Shown: piece by piece, positions 27,385 through 39,800 of the stretch
How the letters are laid out: every line of letters starts with the position of its first letter
How positions within the stretch are numbered: position 1 is the stretch's first letter
Source: Mobula hypostoma
Taxonomy: Eukaryota
Length of the DNA stretch: 64,000 nt
Reading direction: 5' to 3'
NCBI RefSeq assembly: GCF_963921235.1
Contig: NC_086097.1
Span: 102,674,001 to 102,738,000 of the forward strand
Translations under genes and position numbers: made by a program
The notes under the pieces: generated by a model
Database searches by the model: none
What the model was told of the DNA's origin: nothing
Seen by the model: the letters and a program-made list of their open reading frames with translations, nothing else

Positions 27385-27899
27385 GTAATGCTATTTTGAC
27401 TTTATTTTGTTATACGTAGGAAAACAAAGCTGAGCAGTCTGCTGGTTTCCTGTCTCAGCTTTGACTCTGCCAAGCTAAAGCCAGTTAACTTCATAGTTTT
27501 AAAAAATCCTTTCAACATGTTGATGGCAGCTGAACAAAGTAACTGAGGGTACTTGTCTTAGTTTATAGATGCTCAATGGATGGTTTGAGTAGTGGCTGAA
27601 GCAATTGATGTAACTCAGAGGTAGTGAGGCGAAGGTTATGAATTCAAGTTCACAGTCTAGGTTGACAATCCAGAGCGGTGTTGGTGGAGTTGCTGCTTTG
27701 TGAGCTTCGTGTCTCATGGATGAAACATTAAACTGAGACCCCACTAACCATTACAATGCAAATATTCAAAGAAACTTAAGGGAACTGTCCAGAAAATCAG
27801 AGTGAATGTTTATCCCATGTCCCAAAAAAAAATCTGGTCATTAGCACAATACATTGTTATGAGAAGCACATACAGTACAAATTGCAGTGTTTCCTTTTT

Positions 27900-28412
27900 A
27901 TAATAGGAAAGATGTCAATAAAATTGAGAGCGTATAGAGGAGATTTACTAGAATGTTGCCTGGGTTTCATCTTCTAAGTTACAGAGAAAGGTTGAACAAG
28001 TTAGGTCTTTATTCTTTGGAGCGTAGAAGGTTGAGGGGGGACTTGATAGAGGTATTTAAAATTATGAGGGAGATAGATAGAGTTGACATGGATAGACTTT
28101 TTCCATTGAGAGTGGGGGAAATTCAAACAAGAGGACATGAGTTGAGAGTTAAAGGGCAAAGGTTTAGGGGTAACATGAGGGGGAACTTCTTTACTCAGAG
28201 AGTGATAGCTGTGTGGACGAGCTTCCAGCAGAAGTGGTTCAGGCAGGTTTAAAGTTAAATTGGATAGATATATGGACAGGAAAAGAATGGAGGGTTATGA
28301 GCTGAGTGCAGGTCGGTGGGACTAGGTGAGAGTAAGAGTTCAACATGGACTAGAAGGGCCAAGTTGGCCTGTTTCCGTGCTGTAATTGTTATATGGTTAA
28401 ATGTTATATGGT
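27900..28412 (+). mobile_element. CR1 3' fragment
   Basis: LGLYSLERRRLRGDLIEVFK...TRGH...NFFTQRV and a short (ttatatgg) tail. Confidence 0.88.
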
Positions 28413-28504
28413 GATATAATTGTGGCTACGCTTCAAAAGTACTACTTTGATTGTAAAATGCAAGTTGTGCACATTGTTGCATGAAGTTCTTTTTTGCACT
28501 CTAG

Positions 28505-28686
28505 TCCATACAGGACAAAGATAAGGCTGAGAGAAAACGGAAAGCAGATGCTGCCAAATTATATCGACAGAAGATCATGGCACAGATGTCTGCAATGCAG
28601 AAAAACTTCATTGAATCAAACAAACACCTATATGAAAAGGTGACAGAAGTTCAAAAACAAGGAGCAATCATAGCTGAGAATGAAAG
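28505..28686 (+). CDS. UBR1: UBR1 coding exon 6 ([45 protein letters not shown]...)
   Basis: ctag| acceptor, |gtatgt donor; 182 nt. Contains the conserved KAERKRKA...[14 protein letters not shown] basic region preceding the RING. Confidence 0.95.
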
Positions 28687-29261
28687 GTATGTGACACAAA
28701 AGGACAAGCAGCCATTCTAATTCTGCTATGTGATGCAAAGGAAAGATGAAGAAATAGGTAGTCAACAGTAGAATGGCCCTGGAAAAGTCAGCATTCTGCT
28801 TAGTTTCTACACATCCCTGTTATAATTTTAAAAGCTTCCTTTTTGTATATTCTTGTAGGGAAAAGCTCCAGTCTAAGATTCTGCCTGGATAGTTATTACT
28901 TCCCAATTCAAGTGATATTCTTAGTCTTCCTGCAGTAATTAAATATTCATTTTGTAACTTAGCATCAGCTTGCAGTGCTCAAATTAAAATGTTTCTGCAT
29001 AACTTTAATAACAGTTGCCTGCCTTTGCATTACATTTACCAGAAAATTAACCTTAATACCTCACTTGCACACTCATTGCAATGCCTTAGTATTTCATCTG
29101 TATTCCCAGATTTGTTCTTCTTTTCCATGTACATTATAAAAATAAATGGCTTCTTATTTGTATGAAAATGCACATTCAATCTTATTCATCATTTGCACGG
29201 GTTACCATTTTAATGCCTTTTCATGAATTGCATGTGTGTAAAGTACTGTGCAAAAATCTTA

Positions 29262-29330
29262 AATATATATATGTGTGTGTGTGTATATGTGTGTGTGTGT
29301 ATATATATATACACGCGCACACACACACAC
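29262..29330. repeat. Compound (AT)/(GT)/(AC) microsatellite
   Basis: Direct reading of the sequence. Confidence 0.85.
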
Positions 29331-29544
29331 GATGTCTAAGACCTTTGCACCGTACTGTAAAATTTTCATAATATTTGCAAATTCATTTCTCAAGTCTAAA
29401 TCACTTCTTGCAACTTAGGGGTTCAGAGATGTACTTCTGTTCAATTCCTTCCAGTCCATAGATAGTTTTTATCACCTGGTGTTTCTGTGAGGCATGATGT
29501 CAGTCGTGGGTAAATTACTGAAAGATATTCTGCAAGTAAAGTTA

Positions 29545-30565
29545 CAGTGGATTCTGGTTAAAATTGGGATACACTGGAGTGGAGCCAGAATATTTTGGCC
29601 CAATTAAGTGGCTTCCCCATTAGCCAAAGTTTCATGAAAATAATTTTTTAAAGTTTAAAAAAAGACAAAATACATTTACCTGAGTTACAAATAACTTTTG
29701 TTATATTTTTGAGGTACAGCGCAGAATAGGTCCTTTCGCCCTTTGAGCCAACAACTCCCAATTTAATCTGAGCCTAATCGCAGGACAATTTGCAATGACC
29801 ATTTAACCTACCAACCCCTACGTCTTTGGTCTGTGAGAGGAAGGCAGAGCACCCAAGGAAGGGCTATGCATTCCATGGTGAGGGTGTACAGACTCCTTAC
29901 AGATAACATGAGAATTGAACTCCGACACCCAAGATGTAATAGCATCCCTCTAACCGTTACACTACCGTGGTAGCCATGGTGCCATGTACTTTTGATTGAC
30001 TATAAATGAACAAAATTTGTACAGATACCTAATGCAGATAATGTACTACCTGCATACAGTGCTATTGCTGATTGTGTCCTTCAAATCCTCATTTTCATTG
30101 TAGCATTCAAGATAATTGACAATACCTTCAAATTCTTTGTAGTCACTAACTTGTTGAAGCAGCAAAACCGTTTCATTTTCACTCCTACCCATTTCTAGTA
30201 TCTTCAAGCCTGAATGCTTGAAACTGCAGTGAGCAAAACAGTTCTGAATTGTCTTACTGTTTATTACTTGCCAATTATCAGTGACAAAAATCACTGCTTT
30301 TTGAACACAAACACACAAGTGACACTATTTAAAAACTGTTCGCTCTAAGCATGATGTAGTGTCTAACAGCCAGATGACTTGCATGCGACTGGCACTAGTT
30401 AGAAAATGTTCAGCAACAGTCTTCTGTCCCAATTAAGTGGAATAGCGTCCCAAATAAACAAAGGGAATCCCAGCTACCATCTCAATTAGATTTTGTTTTT
30501 TGTGAGTTGTCCCAAATAAGTGGCGACACTGATTAATTGAGGGCCCAATTAACTGAAATCCACTG
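29545..30565 (-). mobile_element. Non-autonomous Tigger/pogo-like DNA transposon
   Basis: TA-flanked TIRs cagtggattctggttaa..ttggg and cccaattaactgaaatccactg; residual C-terminal transposase-like peptide W..I...TIQNCFAHCSF (30046..30318). Confidence 0.8.
29705..29975 (-). mobile_element. tRNA-derived SINE nested in the Tigger-like element
   Basis: Minus strand cacggtagtgtaacggttag (A box) and ggagttcaattc (B box), with a CR1-like 3' end. Confidence 0.7.
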
Positions 30566-30569
30566 TATT

Positions 30570-31740
30570 TGGATAGTCAGGACATGTTTAGTCAATGTGG
30601 CTTTGTGCATGTTAGGTCATGTCTAACCAATTTTAGAGTTTTTTGAGAAGGTTACCAAGAAAGTGATGAAGTAAAGGCAGTGGATGTTGTCCACATACAC
30701 TTTAGCAAAGCCTTTGACAAGGCCTGAATGGGAGGTTGATCAAGAAGGTTCTGTTGCTTGGCATTCAGGATGAGATAGTAAATTAGATTTGACATTGGCT
30801 TTGTGGGACAAGTCAGAGAGATGGTTGCCTATCTGAGTGAAGGCTGTGTCTAGTGGTGTGCTGCAGGGTCCATTGTTGTTTGTCATCTATATTAATGATT
30901 TGGATGATAATGTGGTAAATTGGATCAGCAAACTTGCTGATGACACCAAGATTGGGCCATAGTAGACAGCGAGGAAGACTACCAAAGCTTACAGTGAGAT
31001 CGGGACCAGCTGGAAAAACGGGCTGAAAAAAATGAGATGGAATTTTTTGTGAGATGTTGCATTTTGGGAGGACAAACCAGGTAGGATTAGACAGTTAAAG
31101 TAGGGCACTGAGGAGTGTGATAGAACAAAGGAATCTGGGAATACAGATCCATAATTCCTTTTGGCTTGTGTCACATTCTTTCATAAATCAAAGTATTGAG
31201 TACAGGAGTTGGGATGTTATATTGAAGTTTATAATTCATTGGTGAAAGTAAATTTGGAACATTGTGTTCAACTCTGATCACCTACCTGCAGGAAAGATAT
31301 CAGTAAGCTTGAAAGAGTACAGAGAAAATTGACAAGGATGTTGTCAGGACTTGAAGACCTGAGTTGTAGGGAAAGGTTGAATAAGTTAGGACTTTATTTC
31401 CTGGAGTGCAGGAGAAGGAGAGGAGATCTTTTGCAGGTAAATAAAATTGAGAGAGGTATAGATAGGGTAAATTGAAGTAGGCTTTTTCCATTGAGGAGTG
31501 AGACTAGAACAAGAGGTATTAGGTTAAGGTGAAATATTTAAGGGGAACCTAAGGGGGAACAACTTTACTTGGGGTGGTGAGAATGTGTAATGAGCTGCCA
31601 ACAGAAGTGGTGGATGGGGTTTCGTTTGCAACATTTAAGAGAAGTTTGGATAAGTACATGGATAGGAGGGGCATGGAGGGTTATGATCCAGGTGCAAGAC
31701 TAGATGGGCTGAAGGGCCTTTTGCTGTGCAGTACTACTGA
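30570..31740 (+). mobile_element. Degraded CR1 RT region and 3' end
   Basis: DNA for FSKAFDK, SGVLQG and ISKLADDTKIG plus 3' UTR; many indels. Confidence 0.8.
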
Positions 31741-31923
31741 CTTTTTTGGACATACAAGTCCCAAGTGAAAGAGAAAATGTATTTTCCTATAAATTCACGG
31801 ATTAGGAAGTTAGTCTGATATTTTTCAAAGTGCATAAAGGGAAATGTATTAAACACAAAACATTATTTTTCCCATGTAATAAAGCTGCTTTTTAAAATCC
31901 ATATGCAATTTGTTTTTCCTCAG

Positions 31924-32126
31924 CATTCCTCTGGTGGAAGCTTCTGGTATAGCGCTGGGACCGATGCAAGGTGCAACAGCAACCGAGAAAATAATACTGA
32001 CCTGCATCTTGTGTCAGGAAGAGCAGGAAGTGAAAACAGATGAAATGGCCATGGTACTAGCAGCTTGTGTTCAGAGATCAACGGCCTTGACAAAACATAG
32101 GTGTCGAATCATAACAAGTATAGGAG
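31924..32126 (+). CDS. UBR1: UBR1 coding exon 7, start of RING-H2 (IALGP...[35 protein letters not shown])
   Basis: tcctcag| acceptor, |gtaaag donor; 203 nt. [12 protein letters not shown] motif; overlaps ORF 31910..32197. Confidence 0.96.
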
Positions 32127-32777
32127 GTAAAGCCACGTTCTTTGGAAAAAATAATGTTCCCTCAACTTTTAATCTGAAACGCAAGGGGAATTTCTGATTA
32201 AGTCACAAAGCCTCCAGCCACCTGGTGTACACTTGTGAGCGCTAATCATTAAGTGGGAATTCGAAATAAGGTTTATTCTTCCAACCAGACCCAACTTCTT
32301 TTCTTCCCACACCATTCCTGTCCATAATTTACTCTGCTGAGTAATCAACACACTCTATCCCAAAAATAGCAAATGACGAGTTAACCAGAGGTTTTACACT
32401 GGCCTCAGTCTGGTGTCAGTTATTGGGTTTTGGGCCCATAAATTACCCCTGTAGCTGGATACGTGGTTGGAAGCACTCTAACTTTTGTTTCTCTTCATGC
32501 ACCCACATTGAGTTAGCACTATGTACAAGGTGGAAAGGTATACTGTCCATTGCATTTAACATTCATTGTCAAGGCAGAGCATGGTTGTGATTATTGTTAT
32601 CCATGAGTACAAAGTACACCTGTATTTGATATCTCAGCCTTTTTTATTTAGCCCTTGGTATGCATGGTATTTCCTGATCAAATCATAGGCTCTGTATTAC
32701 TTTAATAATAGCAGAACCATCAGCCATTAGTATTATTGTAATCTGAATCTAACAAAAACAATGTGAATGTTTGCACT

Positions 32778-32883
32778 CAACACACATCAAAGTTGCTGGT
32801 GAACGCAGCCTGCCTGGCCTGCTGCGTTCACCAGCAACTTTGATGTGTGTTGCTTGAATTTCCAGCATCTGCAGAATTCCTGT
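32778..32883 (+). mobile_element. 106-bp Penelope terminal-repeat insertion with 5' inversion (hairpin)
   Basis: 14-bp TSD tgaatgtttgcact (32764-77, 32884-97); perfect 32-bp inverted repeat 32778-32809 / 32821-32852. Confidence 0.85.
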
Positions 32884-34971
32884 TGAATGTTTGCACTGAT
32901 ATGCCATTATATTCCTTTCAGATCACAGAATCAGAATTGTACCCCACGTAAATTGACCTTTTGGGCCTACCTCCTCATACCATCCATAATGCCTATAAGA
33001 TCTATTCTCATTTACCCACATCAGGCCCATATCCTCCTTCTCTCTCAAATCCCACTCAAAGTGCCTATCAAGTGCCTTTTAAGTTTTGCAGAGGTACCTG
33101 CCTCCACAACTACTTCTGTGAGCTCATACCAGAAATTATGACTTGCTGTGTTTTTGAAAAAAAACTTGCCCCTCAGATCTTTAAATTTCTCCCATCTCAT
33201 CTTAAAACGTTAGTTTTGGAATACCCTGTCCTGGCAGAAAAACTGATCATCTATCCTATCTATGTAATTTGTAAACCTCTATAAAGTTAGCCTTCAGCCT
33301 CATACACTGTAGTAAGAATAAGGCCAGCCTATCCAATCTCTCATTTTACCTCTAACCCTTCATTTCAGACAACATACTGGTGAAGAGGTGTGGCAATGAG
33401 ATAGCCTAAGTGCTCTGCATTAAAGCATTACTTTTGACATACAGTCTCTATGCTCCTTTTGGAAATACAACAGCTAATTTGTACCCAGCAATTTCCTATA
33501 AGTGATGATTTAATAATTTTCTTAAGAATTGGTAGCAACATTGGAGATAACTTAGCTCTTTAGAAGTAGTGACAGGAGAGTTTTTATGTGTCCCTAAGAG
33601 AGCAAATGATAGGTTGATTTAACATCTGAATGATAACATCGCTGTAGTAAGCTGTTGGGGTATCAGCTGAGAATATTGTGAAATCTCTGGAGTGGAACTG
33701 GAATCTACAATGGACTATCAGCTGATTGCTGACACAGTTAAGATGCAAGAATCAAGTACATTTTTTCCATATGGTACAGTTTTTGAAATTACTGCAATAG
33801 TGTGAATTTGGTGTGTTTGATTAAAATTTCCTGCTAAAATAAGGATTGTGACATTTGGGAGCAGGAACTTACAGGAGAAATTAAGGAAGCAGCCGCTGCT
33901 GAAGTCTCTCTGTGGCACTGATAAGTGTGGAATCTGATTTCCTCAAAGAAAATTAACATAGAGTTGAAACGATCTTTATTGACTTCATTTATTTTAGTGT
34001 TTGGTTATGTTTAAAGTAATTAATAGTTTATCTTATTATGGGCTTTGTCTCTCTCAGTCATAATTGTTCACTTTGGGTGAAGGGACTTGCTGTTGCTTCA
34101 ACAATTACTGCAAACCTGCCACTGAGGGACCATCATTAGAAATATGGAAAATCTGTGGTCAAATAGCGCTGTTTGTAACATTGCCATGTGTTTGTATTCA
34201 CATTGAAACAACACCAAGCTTTTGGAAGGAATTTGTATTCGATTTGGTTTGGATCATAATACAGAATTGCTCCAGATTTTAATTCAATTGTTTTAGTTAA
34301 ACTTAGTGATGTACCAAATCAGTTGTCATTGCTATTGTTCAGGAATGTTTGACCAAAAGCAACTGAGATTGATTTAAATTTTTGGTTCCATCTATTACCC
34401 ATCTAACAACATCTAATTTCTATATGTCATGCATTCCAAGTGAAGGTGCTTTCTGAGGGGATTTGAAATCATTGGTTTTAGACTGTGCATTTATTTAGTA
34501 TTGACAAAAACTAAATTTGTTTGCTTATTGCTTACTTATTTACTTATTGCTTTGTTCATTTCCAGTATTGTTTACCTTTATTACAGCTTTCTTCAGGATA
34601 TCTATTGACACAAAACCAAACACATTGCCTATAATAGGGTGGGGAAAAACTGATCAAAATCAAGATCCTTTATCAGATAAGGGATTAAATGGTTATGGAT
34701 CCATATTTTCACATAGTTTAATTGCACCTAGAAAACTCTTTCATCTCATATAATGGCTGCTGAGGAGTGAAACACCCTAAATCTGTGATCAGTTGTATTC
34801 CACTGGATATGTCTGACAATCTATTTGAAGCAAAGATTTGAGCTTCACATCACCCATAATATGACTTATTGACAGGTAACTGGGTGACTGTCAGGAGAGG
34901 GAAGGGGAATAGACAGAAAGAGCAGAGCACCCCTGTGGCCGTTCCCATCAACAATAAGTATACTGTTTTGG

Positions 34972-35610
34972 TATGGTGGAGGATTACAAATACCTGGGGA
35001 TATGAATTGACAATAAACTGGACTGGTCAAAGAACACTGAGGCTGTCTACAAGAAGGGTCAAAGGCGTCTCTATTTCCTGAGGAGACTGAGATCCTTTAA
35101 CATCTGTCAGACAACGCTGAGCATGTTCTGCGAGTCTGTGGTAGCCAGTGCGATCATGTTTGCTGTCGTGTGCTGGGGCAGCAGGCTGAGGGTAGCAGAC
35201 ACCAACAGAATCAACAAATTCATTCGTAAGGCCAGTGATGTTGTGGGGATGGAACTGGACACTCTGACGGTGGTGTCTGAAAAGAGGATGCTGTCCAAGT
35301 TGTATGCCATCTTGGACAATGACTCCCATCCACTACATAATGTACTGGGTGGGCACAGGAGTACTTTCAGCCAGAGACTCATTCCACCGAGATGCAACAC
35401 TGAGCGTCGTAGGATGTCATTCCTGCCTGTGGCCATCAAACTTTACAATTCCTCCCTTGGAGGGTCAGACACCCTGAGCCAATAGGCCGGTCCTGGACTT
35501 ATTTCCTGGCATAATTTACATATTACTATTTAATTATTTATGGTTTTATTACTATTTATGGTGCAACTGTAACGAAAACCAATTTCCCCTGGGATCAGTA
35601 AAGTATGACT
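34972..35610 (+). mobile_element. Rex1/Babar-like LINE 3' part nested in CR1 ORF1
   Basis: SVVASAIMFAVVCWG...HPLH...SFLPVAIKLYN; (atgact)n-type tail. Confidence 0.85.
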
Positions 35611-35734
35611 ATACTGTTGGTGGGGACGACTTACCAGGGACAAGTTGTAGTGGTCACGTTTCTGGCACCGAGACTGAACCCTCAGCTCAGAAAGGAAGGA
35701 GGGAAAAGAGGAGAGCAGTAGTGATAGGAGATTC

Positions 35735-35858
35735 AAAGGTTATGGTGAGAAGGCGGGGGAGTGGGACTAAATGGGAGAATGGATCAGCTCATGATAAAAT
35801 GTCGGAGCAGACTCTGGGCCGAATGGCCAACTTCTGCTCCTTTGTCTTATGATCTTAT
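35735..35858 (+). mobile_element. Short CR1 3'-end insertion nested in CR1 ORF1
   Basis: Near-identical to 38900-39020; interrupts the host VIGDS-IxRG motif. Confidence 0.8.
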
Positions 35859-36313
35859 GGGATTTGATATTTAGGGGGACAGATAAGAGGTTCTGTGGGA
35901 GAGATAGAGAATCCCGGATGGCCTGTTGCCTCCCTGGTGCCAGGATCCACAATATCTCGGATCGAGTTCTCAGTGTTCTCAGGAGAGAGGGTGAGCAGCC
36001 AGATGTTGTGGTCCACATGGAGACCAATGACATAGGTAGGAGTAGGGATGAGGTCCTGAAGAAGGAATATAGGGAGTTAGGAAAGAAGTTAAAAAGCAGG
36101 ACCTCAAAGGAGGTAACCTCAGGATTGCTGCCTGTGCCATGAGACAGAGAGGTTAGGAACAGGAAGGTATGGCAGATGAATGCATGGCTGAAGGGTTGGT
36201 GCAGGGGACAGGGGTTCAGGTTTCTGGATCATTGGGATCTCTTCTGGGGAAGGTCTGACCTGTACAAAAAGGACGGACTGCACCTGAACTGGAAAGGGAC
36301 CAATATCCTGGCG

Positions 36314-37428
36314 CAAACAACAGGAATACTGCAGATGCTGGAAATTCAAGCAACACACATCAAAGTTGCTGGTGAACGCAGCAGGCCAGGCAGCATCTCT
36401 AGGAAGAGGTGCAGTCGACGTTTCAGGCCGAGACCCTTCGTCAGGACTAACTGAAGGAAGAGTGAGTAAGGGATTTAAAAGTTGGAGGGGGAGGGGGAGA
36501 TGCAAAATGATAGGAGAAGACAGGAGGGGGAGGGATAGAGCCAAGAGCTGGACAGGTGATAGGGGATACGAGAGGATCATGGGACAGGAGGTCCGGGAAG
36601 AAAGACAAGGGAGGGGGGGACCCAGAGGATGGGCAAGAGGTATATTCAGAGGGACAGAGGGAGAAAAAGGAGAGTGAGAGAAAGAATGTGTGCATAAAAA
36701 TAAGTAACAGATGGGGTACGAGGGGGAGGTGGGGCCTTAGCGGAAGTGGGGCCTTAGCGGAAGTTAGAGAAGTCGATGTTCATGCCATCAGGTTGGAGGC
36801 TACCCAGACGGAATATAAGGTGTTGTTCCTCCAACCTGAGTGTGGCTTCATCTTTACAGTAGAGGAGGCCGTGGATAGACATGTCAGAATGGGAATAGGA
36901 TGTGGAATTAAAATGTGTGGCCACTGGGAGATCCTGCTTTCTCTGGCGGACAGAGCGTAGATGTTCAGCAAAGCGGTCTCCCAGTCTGCGTCGGGTCTCG
37001 CCAATATATAAAAGGTCACATCGGGAGCACCGGACGCAGTATATCACCCCAGTCGACTCACAGGTGAAGTGTTGCCTCACCTGGAAAGACTGTTTGGGGC
37101 CCTGAATGGTGGTAAGGGAGGAAGTGTAAGGGCATGTGTAGCACTTGTTCCGCTTACACGGATAAGTGCCAGGAGGGAGATCAGTGGGGAGGGATGTGGG
37201 GGACGAATGGACAAGGGAGTTGTGTAGGGAGCGATCCCTGCGGAATGCAAAGAGAGGGGGGGAGGGAAAGATGTGCTTAGTGGTGGAATCCCGTTGGAGG
37301 TGGCGGAAGTTACGGAGAATAATATGTTGGACCCGGAGGCTGGTGGGGTGGTAGGTGAGGACCAGGGGAACCCTATTCCTAGTGGGGTGGTGGGAGGATG
37401 GAGTGAGAGCAGATGTACGTGAAATGGG
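36314..37428 (-). mobile_element. Penelope-like element, 5'-truncated (GIY-YIG endonuclease plus terminal repeat)
   Basis: ORF 36754..37080 FTCES.GVIYCVRC.RC.LLYIGET.RRL..RF.EH...EEQHLIF.LG...P.GMN; host CR1 resumes at gggcaggtttgc. Confidence 0.92.
36413..36448 (-). ncRNA. Minimal type-I hammerhead ribozyme motif
   Basis: Minus strand AGUC-CUGACGA-AGGGUCUCGGCCU-GAAAC-GUC-GACU: stem I AGUC/GACU, conserved core, stem II AGG/CCU, palindromic ACGU stem III, GUC cleavage triplet. Confidence 0.85.
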
Positions 37429-38277
37429 GGGCAGGTTTGCCGGAGCTGTTGGGGAGGGTTTAAACTAGTTTGGCAGGGGAGTGGGAATCAGAATGTGAGT
37501 GCAGGGATTAGGGTAGAAGGACAAGGGCATGATGCTGTGTATTCTGAGTTGGTGAGGAAAGACAGGCAGGGGACAAAACATAAATGTAGCCAGTTAGAGG
37601 GGTTGAAACGTGTCTATTTCAACGCTAGGAGTATTGGAAATAAAGGGGATGAACTTGGAGCATGGATCAGTACAGTACATGGAACTACGATGTTGTGGCC
37701 ATTACTGAAACTTGGCTGGAGGAAGGGCAGGATTGGCTGATGCAGGTACCGGGGTTTTAAAAGGAATAGGATGGGAGGTGGGGGGTGGGCAGTAGTATTA
37801 CTGGTCAGGGATAGTATCATGGCTATAGAAAGGGAGGACGCTGCAGAGGGAGTGTCCACTGAGTCGTGTGGGTGGAAGTCAGAAATAAGGAGGGATCAAT
37901 CACTGTGCTGGGAGTAGTCTATAGGCCCCCAAATAGCCCTCGGGACACCGAGGAGCAGATAAGCAGCCTGACTTTAGAATGGTGCAGGAATTACAAGGTT
38001 GTAGTTATGGGTGATTTTAACTTACTTCATATTGACTGGCACCTCCTGACTGCAAGGGGGATAGATGGGGCTGAATCTGTCAGGTGTGTTCAAGCAGGAT
38101 TCCTGACACAGTACGTGGACCGGCCGACGAGAGGAGAGGCCATACTGGATCTAGTTCTGGGTAATGAACCTGGTCAGGTGGCAGACTTCTTGAGGGAGCA
38201 TTTTGGTGAGAGTGACCACAACTCCCTCAGCTTCAGCATAGCTATGGAAAAGGATAAAAACAGACATTGGGGACATT

Positions 38278-39020
38278 AAATGGGGAAAGAATTCAAAGTT
38301 CTGAGATGCAACGGGACTTGGGAGTCCTCGTACAGGATACCCTTAAAGTTAACCTCCAGGTTGAGTCAGTAGTGAAGAAGGCGAATGCAATGTTGGCATT
38401 CATTTCTAGAGGAATATAGTATAGGAGCAGGGATGTGATGTTGAGGCTCTATAAGGCACTGGTGAGACCTCACATGGAGTACTGTGGCAGTTTTGGTCTC
38501 CTTATTTAAGAAAGGATGTGCTGACGTTGGAGAGGGTACAGGGAAGATTCACTGGAATGATTCCGGGAATGAGAGGGTTAACATATGAGGACGTTTGTCC
38601 GCCCTTGGACTGTATTCCTTGGAGTTTAGAAGAATGAGAGGAGACCTCATAGAAACATTTCGAATGTTAAAAGGCATGGACAGAGTGGATGTGGCAAAGT
38701 TGTTTCCCATGATGGGGGAGTCTAGTACAAGAGGGCATGACTTAAGGATTGAAGGGCGCCCATTCAGAACAGAAATGCGAAGAAATTTTTTTAGAGGGTG
38801 GTGAATCTATGGAATTTGTTGCCACGGGCAGCAGTGGAGGCTAAGTCATTGGGTGTATTTAAGGCAGAGATTGATAGGTATCTGAGTAGCCAGGGCATCA
38901 AAGGTTATGGTGAGAAGGCGGGGGAGTGGGACTAAATGGGAGAATGGATCAGCTCATGATAAAATGGCGGAGCAGACTTGATGGGCCGAATGGCCTTCTG
39001 CTCCTTTGTTTTATGGTCTT
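38278..39020 (+). mobile_element. Younger CR1 3' fragment nested in the host CR1 ORF2
   Basis: RT C-terminus and 3' UTR placed between host SDHN...KDKNR and the resuming KVLNW..ANY sequence. Confidence 0.85.
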
Positions 39021-39606
39021 AAAATGAGAAAGTGCTTAACTGGGAAGGGCTAACTATGAAGGAATGAGGCAGGAATTAGCGAGAGTAAATTGGAAACAGA
39101 TGTTCAAGGGTGAAAGCACAGAAGTAATGTGGAGGAAGTTTAGGGACCACTTGTGCTGGGTTCAGGATAGGTTTGTCCCACTGAGACAAGGAAAAAAATG
39201 ATGGGAAAAGGGAACCGTGGCTGACGAAACACGTGAGGCAACCCGTCAAGAGGAAGAAGGAAGCATATGTTAGATATAAGAAGCAGGAAGCAGGAGGGTC
39301 TCATGAGAAATATAGGATAGTCAGGAAGGAGCTTAAGAAAGGACTTAGGAGAGCTCGAAGGGGGCATGAGAAGGCCTTGGCATATAAGATTAAGGAGAAC
39401 CCCAAGGCATTCTATGCGTACGTGAAGAACAGAAGGATGACAAGAATGAAGGCGAAAGGATAAAGAAGGCAACATGTGCCTGGAGGCGGAGGAGGTTGAG
39501 AAGGTCCTAAATGAATACTTTGCTTCAGTATTTACAAGTGAAGAGGACCTTGATCAGGGTGAGGTTGAAATAGAACAGGCCTGTGTGCTGGACAATGTGA
39601 AGATTA

Positions 39607-39800
39607 CAACTCCTTCCTTGGATGGTCAGACACCCTGAGCCAATAGGCTAGTCCTGGACTTACTTCATAATTTACTGGCATAATTTACATATTACTATTT
39701 AACTATTTATGGTATTATTACTACTTATTATTTATGGTGCAACTGTAACGAAAACCAATTTCCCCCGGGATCAATAAAGTATGACTGTGACTATGACTAT
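39607..39800 (+). mobile_element. Rex1/Babar-like 3' tip nested in CR1
   Basis: 7-bp TSD aagatta (39600-06, 39801-07); same 3' UTR and (atgact)n tail as 35445-35610. Confidence 0.85.

Noticed and set aside
36730..36765. 17-bp tandem duplication gtggggccttagcggaa at the Penelope stop codon
   Set aside because: Absent from the second copy; a private slippage event with no evident consequence.
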